NCBI GenBank assembly: GCA_963822585.1
Contig: CAWGIE010000019.1
Coordinates: 1-64,000 of the forward strand
Source: an uncultured bacterium
GTDB lineage: Bacteria; Auribacterota; Erginobacteria; Erginobacterales; Erginobacteraceae
Direction: 5' to 3'
DNA: 64,000 bases
The stretch's first letter is position 1, and every line of letters begins with the position of its first letter. Both the position numbers and the translations under genes were made by a program. The notes under the pieces were generated by a model that worked only from the letters and a program-made list of their open reading frames with translations, ran no database searches and was not told the origin of the DNA. Positions 1-10,265 of this stretch are shown here, piece by piece.

Positions 1-44
1 ATGCCGGGCCGAATTACCGAAACAGCAACCGGTATTGGCAGGTT

Positions 45-293
45 TTATCTCGTAACCGGGACATCGCCGGGGGCGCCAAAATAGCAGGGGGAGAGAACGG
101 GAATTGCCCAGAGGCCGATGGCGGGACGGAACGCGCAGACCTCCGAGAGAGAGTCGCCGTCAAAATCGGCGTTTACAGGCTCGGTATCGCTCCCTCCCAA
201 ATAAAAACGGGTTAGGTTCCTGATCGCCCAGAGGCCGGATGACGGGCCGGGATATGGTGCTTCGGGCTCTCCCGCGCCGCCCTGACCGACCAC
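45..293 (-). pseudogene. C-terminal fragment of an FG-GAP/VCBS-like repeat surface protein
   Basis: Two GLWAI...YxG...PV repeats and an ADFDGD Ca-binding-like motif; no N-terminal domain. Confidence 0.5.
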
Positions 294-409
294 GCCGCTT
301 ACGGCACCATCCGGATCGAGGGGCCGGTCTGGGACCGGATCAAACGGACGGCCAACGAGGCCTACCGGCCGGGGGAGTTCGTCACCTTATCTCTAATCTT
401 CTCTTCTTT

Positions 410-723
410 TCAGTCCGGTTTATCTAATGACTTCTCTGAACGCTCCTGCCAACGCTTAGGATCGCTTTGCATATGCATAATCCCGCCTATTAAATGCAGT
501 CCGGGCGTACTTGATATAGAACACCGTATGGAAATCGGTTGGTCATGCACCGCCTGGTACGGTGAGAGAATCGAGGCCAAGCTTCCGGAAAGGAGAGGAT
601 ACGTTCAAATGTTTTTCTTACTTCTGCCGCGAACTCGAAGCCAAGGCCGGGAAATTGATTATTATAGTAATCGACTGCCTCGGCAAATTCCTGTTCCGCG
701 CAGGAAAGAACCCGGATCCTCAT
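410..723 (-). CDS. RelE/ParE-family type II toxin, frameshifted near 491
   Basis: AEQEFAEAVDYY...FPYGVLY motif; adding one T to the short T-run near 491 (minus strand) restores a typical ILIGGIMHMQSDPKRWQER C-terminus ending at 410. Confidence 0.8.
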
Positions 724-944
724 TTTCGATTGATCCTGGCTAAAACCGCTTCCGCGGGATCGGCGGATATCTTCCCGGCCTCGTAAGCGTCAATACGCGA
801 CTCCACCTCATCCGTCCAGGCTTCATCAATATGGCGATCGGCTGAGCGGTCAAAACTATGAAAGAGTTCGTCGATCAACTCGGCTTTCTGTATGGGGGTA
901 AGCCGTAACGCCTCTTGTAAAACTTTCAGTGTTGTATCTGTCAT
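720..944 (-). CDS. Addiction-module antitoxin
   Basis: ALRLTPIQKAEL...DEAWTDEVESRI pattern; overlaps the toxin start by 4 bp. Confidence 0.85.
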   Translation of the reverse strand: MTDTTLKVLQEALRLTPIQKAELIDELFHSFDRSADRHIDEAWTDEVESRIDAYEAGKISADPAEAVLARINRK

Positions 945-1220
945 TCAGATCCTCCCCAGAGATTCTCGATACCGGTAGTTGCCTGGCAAGATGAATATAA
1001 TCACACCATATTTAAACTTCAACGATATTTTTCATCGGGCAAGGGGTAACACTTTTTGGTTTTGCGATTGCTGTGATGCTCTTCTGGAGTAACCAGGTTT
1101 TCACCGCCCGCCGCCATGCTCTGTCGAGGCTTCTTTTGGTCCGTGGGCTCAGCCCGTCAAGATAAGCTCTGAACAGCTCCACAACGCACTTACTAAAAAT
1201 AGATTGCATTATGTGAACTG

Positions 1221-1346
1221 GTCATTGCGAGCGCAGCGAAGCAATCTCTTGTTCTCAAAATGATTGAGATTGCTTCGTCAGGCAGTCTACCCCGCCTCCG
1301 CCCCGAAGTTTTAATCAGGGTTTATCGGGGTTCCTCGCAATGGACA
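1221..1346. repeat. GTCATTGCGAG...GCAATCT REP-like inverted pair; related copies at 6365, 9056 and 10003
   Basis: Dispersed copies compared by eye; inverted partner GAGATTGCTTCG...CCTCGCAATG at 1266-1346. Confidence 0.75.
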
Positions 1347-1557
1347 TGTAACCTATTTTATGCTCTCCTGTGCTATAAGCCTCCTCTCTCCTCACCCGAT
1401 TGTACCTCTTCAGCCGCTCCCGTCCACCCAAAACCCCCGTCAGAAGGCTGAATTGTTCAAGGAGGGGTGACGGATGGTATTATTGAACGGGCTCTCAATA
1501 TATGGTATCTTCCCCTTTTGGATGGGGTCGGAAACTTCGGTAATTGATGGCACAATC

Positions 1558-4072
1558 ATGAAAAAGAAACTGCCCTTGCTGCGTCTCTGGCCGGTTCTGA
1601 TCATTCTCGCCGTGACGGCGTTCATGTATCGGGACGCCTTCTTTCCCCCCTACCCTTCCTGGACGCTTTCCCGGGAATCGGGCGACGTCGCCGCCATCTA
1701 CTATTACTGGCGGAGCTTCGGGTTCGAGTCGCTCAAGGCCGGGACCATCCCGCTCTGGAACCCGGACATCTTCTGCGGCACCCCCTTCGCCGCCTACCCG
1801 GAATCGGCCCTCTTCTATCCCCTCAACCTGATCTTTCTTTTTCTTCCACTCAGCGGGGCCCTGAACGCGAGCTTTGTCCTCCACCTGGCTCTCCTGATGA
1901 TCTTCCAGTTCTTCTGGCTCCGTTCCATCGGTTCCGGCCGCTGGCCGGCGCTCCTGGGGAGCCTGGCCCTGGGCTTCTCCGGCCCGGTCATCCTTCATTT
2001 GACCGCGGGCCACCTCTCCAACATCTGCACCTTCGCCTGGGTGCCCCTGCTCTTTTTCCTGGCGGAGAGGTTCCTGGGGAGCGGGCGGCGGTGGTGGGCG
2101 GCCGGCGGCGGGATCGTCCTCGGGCTTCAGTTGCTGGCCGGCCACTGGCAATACGCGTATTACACCGTCCTTTTGCTGGCGGTCTATGTCCTCTGCCGGA
2201 CGGCGTTCGGGCGGGGGATCGCCCGGCGAAGATGGAGCTTCCTGCCGGCCGGGATCGGCCTCTGCCTGGCGGTAGCGGCCGGGCTGGCCGCGGTCCAGAT
2301 CCTGCCGGCGCTGGGTGTTTCCGGGGAATCGTTCCGGCGCGACCTCGACATTACCTGGGCCTCCGCCTTCTCCCTTCCCCCGGCCAATCTTCTTACCTTC
2401 ATCCTCCCCGGGTACCTGGGGGACACCGTGGGCAGCCTCTACCGGGGGGAGAATTATTTCTGGGAGATGTGCGGCTACCTCGGCTTCATCCCCCTGGGGC
2501 TGGCGGCGCTGGCGCTCATTCTCCGGAAAGACCGGCTGACCAGCGCTCTGGGGTTAGCGGCGGGGGTGGCGCTCCTGATCGTTCTCGGCTCCCACACCCC
2601 ACTCTTCACGGTTCTTTACGCGCTGCTCCCCGGCTTCCGCTACTTCCGGGGGAGCGCCAAGTTCCTCTTCTTCGCGGCCTTCTTTTTAACCTCTCTCGCC
2701 GCCCGGGGGCTTGACTGTCTCGCCGCGCCGGCGGCCGGCGGCGGTCTCCGTTTCACCGCCGGAGCCCGGCGGGCGATCGTCTCCATCACCGCCGGGGCGC
2801 TGCTCGTCATCGCGGCGGGCTCCTTGATCTTCCTCGCCCGAGGCGGAGGAATCGCCCCCCGGATGGTGGCGGGAAACCCTCCGGTCCGATCTTCTCCGGG
2901 GGCGGCATTACGACATCGTTCCCCCCGGGCAGCCGGACTGGTGGAAAACGGCGATGCGGGAGACCCCCCCGGAGAGGGACTACCCGGCCTACGTCCGGCG
3001 GCTGGTGGAAGAGACCCCCTTCCCCCGGAATAGCTGGCGGACGTTGCGGACAGGGGTTCAGCGGCTGGCCGGGGCCGCGGGGGCGGGCGGCCTGCTTCTG
3101 ATGGCGGCGGTCTTCCTCCGGCGGGGACGTTGGGCGCTGGCGGCTCTGATCGCCGTTCTGGGAGCGGGAGAAGTCGCCGTCTGGGCGGGACCGTATATAA
3201 CCGGATTCGACAGCCGGGCCTGCCTCTGGGACGCGAAGATCGCCGCTTTCTTCGCCGGACAAAAGGAACCCTTCCGCTATCTGGCCGTCGATCCCGCCGA
3301 CTACAACCGGGGAATGCTGAAAGGGTTCCCTTCCATCCTCGGCTACCAGTCCGACGTCGGCCGACGCTATCTCGAATACATCAACGCCAGTCAGGGCCTC
3401 CCTCTCCGGGCGCGGGAACTGGTGCCGGTGATCATCGTTTATTCGCCGCTGCTCGATCTGCTCAACACCCGCTTCCTGCTGGTGCCGGCGAATATGGAGG
3501 AAACCTCTCCGCTCTTCGAGACGGTTCTCACCACCGCGGCGATAACCGTCCGCGAAAACCCCCGGGCGGCGCCCCGGGCCGTGCTCTCCGCCCGGGGGCG
3601 GGTCATCGCGTCCCCGGAGGAGATCCTGGCGGCGCTGAACCGGCCCGGCTACCGCCCGGAGAAGGAAGTGATCCTGGAAGAAGCGGCGCCGGAGATGTTC
3701 ATGCGGGGAGACGGTTCCCCCGGAGAAGTCCGGATTGAAAAAGAAGAGCCGGGCGAAGTGGTCATCGGGGCGGCCCTGGAAAAGCCGGGTATCCTGCTCC
3801 TCAACGACAGCTACGCCCCCGGCTGGCGGGCGGAGGTGGACGGCGCGGAGCGGAAGATTTACCGCGCAAACTACCTGATGCAGGCCGTCTGCCTGGAGGC
3901 CGGGAACCATACCGTCCGCTTTCTCTATCGACCGGCGGCCTTTACCGCCGGCGCCCTGCTCAGCCTTGCTTCCGCGATTATTCTGATTCTGGCGGGCGTC
4001 ATCTTCCCTCTCCTCCGGCGCGGGAAGGCGGCGAGCGAAGTCACGTCATCCCCTGATAATAGTAATGCTTGA
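1558..4072 (+). CDS. YfhO-family membrane protein (GT-C-like), frameshifted at C-run 2855-2860
   Basis: PLWNPDIFCGTPF N-terminus and DSYAPGWRAEVDG...GNHTVRFLYRP C-terminus lie in two overlapping frames. Confidence 0.85.
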
Positions 4073-4119
4073 TATGGCTCCCCGGTTTATGGATAATCGG
4101 TGAAGAAGGAGAATGGTCC

Positions 4120-5103
4120 ATGATCACCAGCTTTCTCTACGACCCGAAGACCGACCAGGTTCGTGAAGGGATACAGCGCGACGAGATCCGGTCAATACTC
4201 GAGGATCCGGATAAACTTCTCTGGCTGGACATGGAGGATCCCTCCGAGGAGGACTATGAAATCCTCCGGGATCCTTTCCACTTTCACCCCCTCCTGATCC
4301 GGGACTGCATGAATCCCCAGTTCATCCCCAAATGCGACGAGATGGACGAGTACATCTTCCTGGTCCTGCATTCGGTCTACTACTACATCGACAAGGAGGA
4401 GGAAGAAGCTCTCAGCATCCGGGAGATCGACTTTTTTATGGGGAAAAATTACCTGCTGACCATCCACAACGGCCACATCAAGGGGGCCACGGTCAACCGG
4501 GACTGCTGCCGCCGATCCTGCAAGATCATGTCCGAGGGTTCGGGACGGCTCCTTTACCATATCCTGGATACCATGGTCGATAATTACATCGCCATCATCA
4601 ACAAGGTCACCGACCGGATCGACTCCATGGAGGACGCCATCCTCGCCAGCATTCAGCCCGAGATGCTGAACAACATCCTGGCCATGAAGCGGAACGTCAT
4701 GACCCTGAGGAAAGTGCTTCTTCCCCAGTCAGAGCTGATTTACCAGTTCTGCCACGGGAAAATTTCCTACGTCCGGGGCGAGCAGGTGATGTACTTCAAG
4801 GACATTTACGACCACATGGTGAGGATAACGACCATGGTGGAGAACCTGAGGGAAATGGGCCAGTCCCTGCTGGAAGCCTACCACTCGACCATCTCTTTCA
4901 AACTCAACGACGTCATGAAGGTCCTCACGGTCATCGCCACCATCATGATGCCGATGACCCTCATCTCCGGCATCGGGGGGATGAACGTGCTCTTCCCCTT
5001 CGCTCTCCGGGAGACCATGACCGGTTTCTGGATACTGGTCCTCGTCATGCTCGCCGCCGCCGGCGGCTTGCTGCTCTGGTTTAGAAAGATCAAGCTGCTA
5101 TAG
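4120..5103 (+). CDS. corA: CorA-family Mg/Co transporter
   Basis: WLDMEDP, YFKDIYDH, LNDVMKVLT and GMN signature followed by two TM helices. Confidence 0.93.
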   Translation: MITSFLYDPKTDQVREGIQRDEIRSILEDPDKLLWLDMEDPSEEDYEILRDPFHFHPLLIRDCMNPQFIPKCDEMDEYIFLVLHSVYYYIDKEEEEALSIREIDFFMGKNYLLTIHNGHIKGATVNRDCCRRSCKIMSEGSGRLLYHILDTMVDNYIAIINKVTDRIDSMEDAILASIQPEMLNNILAMKRNVMTLRKVLLPQSELIYQFCHGKISYVRGEQVMYFKDIYDHMVRITTMVENLREMGQSLLEAYHSTISFKLNDVMKVLTVIATIMMPMTLISGIGGMNVLFPFALRETMTGFWILVLVMLAAAGGLLLWFRKIKLL

Positions 5104-5189
5104 ATCCGGCGATCGTCTTCACTTCCCTCGATTATTAAAAGTTATACATATTTTCTCTATAACCACCCGAATTCCCCTGAGTTTGCCTT

Positions 5190-5505
5190 TTTTCGCTTTT
5201 ACACGCCGACCTTGAATTAGCACTATACGCTCTTAATTCTCTCGGCATTAATCCAATAATGCCACAAACATTGTCAATCAATAGTCCTGCCGCAGGACTT
5301 TTAAGTTTGTCAACTTTTTCCCAGCCCTCCCCGCCCCATCACTCCATCATCCCCTTATATATCATGATGGTAGCCGCAGGCTTCAGCCCGCGCCAGCCAC
5401 CCACTCTCCCGTAATTCCTGTGGGGAGAATGCCGGGGTGCGGGGGAGGGATGAAGCGTAGCCTCCTTATCACTGATCACTTACCACTTCCCACTGCTTTA
5501 TTGGG
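5190..5505. repeat. Copy 1 of a ~320 bp non-coding duplication; copy 2 is 6680-6867 plus 8893-9022
   Basis: Shared blocks GCTTTTACACGCCGAC, ATAGTCCTGCCGCAGGACTTTTAA and CCAGCCCTCCCCGCCCCATCACTCC...TGAAGCGTAGCCTCCTTATCACTG. Confidence 0.9.
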
Positions 5506-5726
5506 GGGGAGAGGGCCGGGGTGAGGGGGGATTCCTTATCACTGATCACTGATTACTGATTACTTCCCACTGCTTTATTGGGGGGGAGAGGGCCGGGGCG
5601 AGGGGGGATTCCTTATCACTGATCACTGATTACTGATTACTTCCCACTGCTTTATTGGGGGGGGATAAAGCGTAGCCTCCTTATCACTGATCACTTACCA
5701 CTTTCCACTGCTTTATTGGGGGGGGA
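5464..5726. repeat. Four tandem ~70-77 bp units CCTTATCACTGATCACT...CCACTGCTTTATTG8
   Basis: Units start at about 5464, 5534, 5611 and 5679; a fifth copy is near 8980. Confidence 0.9.
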
Positions 5727-5807
5727 AACCCTGCATTGGGGGAGAAACTTTTAACATCGAAGAGGTCGAGACGTAGTGCGTGATGCACTTGTTGGGAACT
5801 CTCTATC

Positions 5808-6008
5808 TCATGCAGTCTGAAACTGCATAGTCGAGAGTTCTTCCTTGGAAGCACGGGCAGAGATCCCAAGGAATTCAACACCAACTACGCGATCATTCTC
5901 GTCGAAATCGAGAATAACGCCGGGTCGCACTTCTTCAGACTCGACAATCTTGCCCTCGTCGAGACGGAAATAGAGTGTGTCGCTGTCTTTGTCTATTTTG
6001 ATTCTCAT
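5808..6008 (-). CDS. DUF2283 family protein (putative antitoxin)
   Basis: DKDSDTLYFRL...GVILDFDENDRVVGVEF motif. Confidence 0.88.
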   Translation of the reverse strand: MRIKIDKDSDTLYFRLDEGKIVESEEVRPGVILDFDENDRVVGVEFLGISARASKEELSTMQFQTA

Positions 6009-6244
6009 TCCGCTCTCCTCAATCTCCGATCGAAGAACGCTGTCACACATCTTTCCGGGGTAACCGTAACGTTTACTATGACCCGCAGCCACCGATCTCC
6101 GAATTCCGGAATCCGCTTCATAAAATGCCTGGTGCCATCGTCATGATCTTCCGTTCGGTCCGGGTTATCCGTGGTCCGCTCCACCCACTCGCGCTTGATG
6201 CCGCGTTCCTTCAGCATATCATCGGAATGGCTCGAATCCTGCAT
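6005..6244 (-). CDS. DUF4258 family protein (putative toxin)
   Basis: H..MLKERGI...WLRVIVN...VTAFFDR; overlaps DUF2283. True start uncertain. Confidence 0.8.
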   Translation of the reverse strand: MQDSSHSDDMLKERGIKREWVERTTDNPDRTEDHDDGTRHFMKRIPEFGDRWLRVIVNVTVTPERCVTAFFDRRLRRAE

Positions 6245-6867
6245 GGGAATAATCTATCACTAACGGGAGCGCATGTCACCCGCCGCCTGTCTCCAACATT
6301 TATTTGATTCTTGGTAATTATACGTCGTCTTCCCTTAACCGGTAAAGCCAATTCCAGTCTCCAGGTCATTGCGGGGACCCAGAGCCAAGCGAATGGGGCG
6401 ATGCAATCTCCCATTCCAACACTCCATCACTCCAATACTCCGGTTTTCAGCCTTTCCCTGTGGGAGTGGCATCCTGCTCCGATGCATCATGCCGGTAGCC
6501 GTCCCGAAAGCTTTCGGGGCGCAGGCTGGGTACATAATGTTTCAAATACAAAACAATCGCACCTTAAAAGGTGCGGCTACCATAATAAACATGCGAAATT
6601 GGTATTTTCGTACAGGCGACCAAGGTAATATTATTACATTTCCAGCGGAAATAACGATTTTTCAGGCTAACTATCTCGTTTTTAGCTTTTACACGCCGAC
6701 GTTAAAGTAGCACTATTCGCTCTTAATTCATTCGGAATAAATCCAACAACGCGCTTCTTATTGTCAACCAATAGTCCTGCCGCAGGACTTTTAAAATTGT
6801 CAACTTTTTCCCAGCCCTCCCCGCCCCATCACTCCATCCTCCCCTTATATGTACATGATGGTAGCCG

Positions 6868-8892
6868 TTCGAGTAGGCTGGGGCCTCCCCTGACTACAGG
6901 ATGAAGTTTGTTTTCTCCGTTTGCCGCCTGGTTTCCCGGCGGTGCCCCAATATCTCATCCATACCAGAGTTGTTCCCCAGCCCCTCACAGAACCGGACAA
7001 GCGGCTTTCCCACATCCGGCTCCTCGGTTTGCCATTCAGTAAGCCTCCGCTCTACGACACGGGTTCAGGTCTTTGCGGATACCCGCTCTCGGCCAGTCCA
7101 ACCATTGTAAAACCTGATTGAACCCTTCCCAGGTATATCCCTTCCGCTGGCTTTTGCGGTTAAGCCAGTTGAACAGTATCCTGTTTGCGTAAAAGATATA
7201 CCTGCCGCAATGCTTCGCGTTATCCGTGATGGCGTAGTAGTTCAGGTGCCCGTTAATGCGGACTTTGGCCTGGCGTAACATCTCCACCTTCCTCAGCCTG
7301 TTCCGGGCCTTCATTGCCCAGCTCGTAAACCTATGCAGACTATCCCCGAACTTCTTGCGGCTCGTGCGGCGTTTCACCTTGAAGTAGCCATTCCTGGTCT
7401 TCCCGCAATAATGGGTAAAACCCAGAAAGGTGAACTCCTCCGGCTTCCCGCCTCGTTTATTAGCATCTTCACGAGCATATCGTCCAAACTCGATACACCG
7501 AGTCTTTCCCTTGGCCAGTCTCAACCCGAACTTATTCAATCTGTCCGGCAACTGCTGCAGAAACGCCTCGGCATCGTCTCGATATTGGAAACACGCAAGA
7601 AAGTCATCGGCGAAGCGAAAATAATATGCCCCGCCCCGGAAATATTTCCCGGCTTTGTACCTGAACCACAGATCCAGCACATAATGGAGGTAAATGTTGG
7701 ACAGCAGCGGCGATAATATCGACCCTTGCGACGTCCCGGTCTCCGTTGCTCTGACCAGTCCGTCTTCCATGATCCCGCCCTTCAGCATCCGGCTTATCAG
7801 TCTGATGATCCGGGGGTCTCCAATCCGATATTGTAGAAACGTGATCATCCATTCGCGATTGACCTTGTCGAAGAATCTTTCAATGTCGGCCTCAACCACA
7901 TATTTGACCCGCTTCTGTTGGATCGTCCTCCCTAAATCATCAAGACATCTATGCTGGCTGCTTTCCGGACGATACCCATAATTGCTGTCCTGGAACTCAA
8001 CCTCATAGATGGGCTCTAACACCCGTTTGACCGCCAGCTCCACTATCTTATCCTCAAAACAGCTTATGCCTAACGGCCTCCCCCGTTCACTGCCGGATTT
8101 TGGTATATAGGACCTCCGCTTTGGCTGGGGACGGTACCCCATTCGCTTCAGCCTTCCCGACAAATCCAGGAGGTTCTCTTCAAGGTTCTTCCCATATTCC
8201 TCCTTCGTTACGCCATCTACCCCCACCGCCCGTTTCGCGGGCAGCGCGTCGTAGCAGGCTCGCAGATTGTCCATGTCCGTGACGTGGTGATACAAACTGG
8301 TAAATACCAGTTTCGGTTCCTTGCGAGCCTTTTCACCTATCCATCTCAGATCTGTGCTCACTGTTCACTCGCTCCTTGCATAGCGACAATGTTTCCTCTT
8401 TGATGGACGACAACCCGTGGGGACCTTCGCTCAGTGGGCATTACCCCACCTCTCAGCTAATCCCGCTCCATCGGGACATACCGGCCCCCATCACTCGCGA
8501 CGCGGCCTTTTGACCACCTCTTTTTACATTGGCAATCATACTCGGAGGCATCTCCAAGAGCCTATAATCGTCGCTCGCCTGGTTACTTGCAAACCGTTGT
8601 GTAACTCGATGCTGTCTGCGACCCCGGGGTGGCAGTCGGCACTCGTCTTTAACGCGCCTCCTGCGTGGCCTGCGCCCAGCCTGAAAGGATCGGCCCGTTC
8701 CCAAAATTCGGCTTTCTCGGGGCTCTGGGTCAGATTCAGAGCATACACTCTTCACCTCGTTACACTCGCTAATTACCCTTCCGGGATTCCTCCCTTCGGG
8801 TTATTATGCTTCCGAGCGGTTGACTAAACCTTACTCGGGAGAGCGTCCCGCAATAGCGGATCTCTCACAGTTTGCAGCATTGCCAGGTTACC
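6868..8892 (-). mobile_element. Group II intron (~2025 nt)
   Basis: Domain V GAGCCGGATGTGGGAAAGCCGCTTGTCCGGTTCTGTGAGGGG on the minus strand at 6981-7022; DVI ends CCTACTCGAA; boundaries set by comparison with the empty target GTAGCCG|CAGGCTTC near 5370. Confidence 0.9.
7036..8361 (-). CDS. ltrA: Group II intron reverse transcriptase/maturase without endonuclease domain
   Basis: RPLGI, ADIERFFD, GTSQGSILSPLLSNIYLH, FADD, FTFLGF, domain X GHLNYY. Confidence 0.95.
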   Translation of the reverse strand: MSTDLRWIGEKARKEPKLVFTSLYHHVTDMDNLRACYDALPAKRAVGVDGVTKEEYGKNLEENLLDLSGRLKRMGYRPQPKRRSYIPKSGSERGRPLGISCFEDKIVELAVKRVLEPIYEVEFQDSNYGYRPESSQHRCLDDLGRTIQQKRVKYVVEADIERFFDKVNREWMITFLQYRIGDPRIIRLISRMLKGGIMEDGLVRATETGTSQGSILSPLLSNIYLHYVLDLWFRYKAGKYFRGGAYYFRFADDFLACFQYRDDAEAFLQQLPDRLNKFGLRLAKGKTRCIEFGRYAREDANKRGGKPEEFTFLGFTHYCGKTRNGYFKVKRRTSRKKFGDSLHRFTSWAMKARNRLRKVEMLRQAKVRINGHLNYYAITDNAKHCGRYIFYANRILFNWLNRKSQRKGYTWEGFNQVLQWLDWPRAGIRKDLNPCRRAEAY

Positions 8893-9114
8893 CAGGCTTC
8901 AGCCTGCGCCAGCCACCCCCTCTCCCGTAATTCCTGTGGGGAGAGTGCCGGGGTGCGGGGGAGGGATGAAGCGTAGCCTCCTTATCACTGATCACTTACC
9001 ACTTCCCACTGCTTTATTGGGGTGAGGGGGGTTAAACCAAGCCCCAGCCCAAGCGTCATTGCGAGGAGCGCAGCGACGAAGCAATCTCTCCGGCCACCGA
9101 TTACCGATCACCGA

Positions 9115-9930
9115 TTACCGATCACTCTCCTTTTCAAGCGGATCGAGCACGGTATGCAACGTAGCCACCAGGCTGCCGAGACTGTCGCCATATACGGCGA
9201 TCCTCAGCCCTTTCCGGCTCCGGCTGACCGTGATCGCCTTCTTCCAGAGTTTCTGGATATTCGGGTCCTTGTCGCAGATGTCCTCCACCACGTCGAGCTG
9301 CAGCTCCTTGAAGTTCTTCTCGGAATCCGGCTTCTGGCGGTAAACCCGGTATCGCAACTCCTCCAGGTCGATCTCGTCAGCCAGGACTTTTCTGAAGAGT
9401 TCCTCCCGCAGTTTCGGGTCTTCGATCCTCAGCAGCCACTCCCCGTGCCCGAAGTTCATCTTCCCGTCGATGATCGCCTTCTTCATCCGCGGGGTCAGGT
9501 TCCGGACCACGCTGACCAGCGTGAAGATCCGGCTCCGGGACTTCCCGCAGGATTCGACCAGGTCCTCGACGCGGTGGCCGAACTCGTCGATCAGCCGGGT
9601 GTAGGCGGACGCCTCCTCCAGTTGGTTGAAATCCTTGCGATTGATGTTATCGACGAACCCGAAAAGGATCGCCTCTTCATCGCTGATCCCGTCCCAGATC
9701 TCCGCCGGGATAGTGGCCAGCCCCACTTCCCGGGCGGCGTCGAGGCGCCGGTGCCCGGCGAAGAGAATGTATCCCCCCTTCTTCGCCTTCTTCACCTTGA
9801 CCGGGTTCATCACCCCGTGCTTCTTGACCGAGACTAGCATCTCCTCCCGCTCATAGTCCTCCTCCAGCCGCATCCGGCAGAGACTCCCCACGATATCGGA
9901 TACAAGTATCTCCCTCCCCTCTCTCTTCAT
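9115..9930 (-). CDS. ParB/RepB/Spo0J-family protein with no adjacent parA
   Basis: SVKKHGVMNPV, AGHRRLDAA (GxxR CTPase motif), DNINRKDFNQLEEA, then an HTH. Confidence 0.88.
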   Translation of the reverse strand: MKREGREILVSDIVGSLCRMRLEEDYEREEMLVSVKKHGVMNPVKVKKAKKGGYILFAGHRRLDAAREVGLATIPAEIWDGISDEEAILFGFVDNINRKDFNQLEEASAYTRLIDEFGHRVEDLVESCGKSRSRIFTLVSVVRNLTPRMKKAIIDGKMNFGHGEWLLRIEDPKLREELFRKVLADEIDLEELRYRVYRQKPDSEKNFKELQLDVVEDICDKDPNIQKLWKKAITVSRSRKGLRIAVYGDSLGSLVATLHTVLDPLEKESDR

Positions 9931-10239
9931 CCCTAACCTCCATCTTGTGTGCGATCAATCGAAATCCGTCAATCTTGTCGGGACTCATGGAGTCCCCTCG
10001 GCGACATTGCGAGTCGCCGCAGCGACGAAGCAATCTTCAGCCAGAACACGCTATGCGCTCTGCTCTATGCACCATGCGATCTGTTCATCCCCGGATGAAT
10101 AGATCAAGCAGATTCCTCTTTTTTTGTGGCTGAGTTTCTGGTAAAATCTTGTTTTCTTTCGTAATGTTTTATTTGTTTACTCAACCGATATCAAATACCA
10201 TAACCAATTTTAAAGGGTAAATTTCCAATATCATAGAAA

Positions 10240-10265
10240 AAATTCCGCTCAAACAATAGTTCGGC
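10240..10265 (+). other. Candidate attI-like site at the array head
   Basis: CTCAAACAATAG|TTCGGC; the core matches the inverse core of the first cassette and no attC stem is seen upstream. Confidence 0.45.

Noticed and set aside
1012..1209. Small minus-strand ORF upstream of the TA pair
   Set aside because: No motif or clear RBS; cannot be supported as a gene.
5464..5726. CRISPR or iteron array
   Set aside because: Low-complexity units without unique spacers, and no rep or cas gene.
7036..8361. Retron or defence-associated RT
   Set aside because: It has maturase domain X, intron DV/DVI and an empty target allele.
9115..9930. Integron integrase or chromosomal parAB locus
   Set aside because: No tyrosine recombinase R-H-R-Y motifs; no parA or canonical parS seen.
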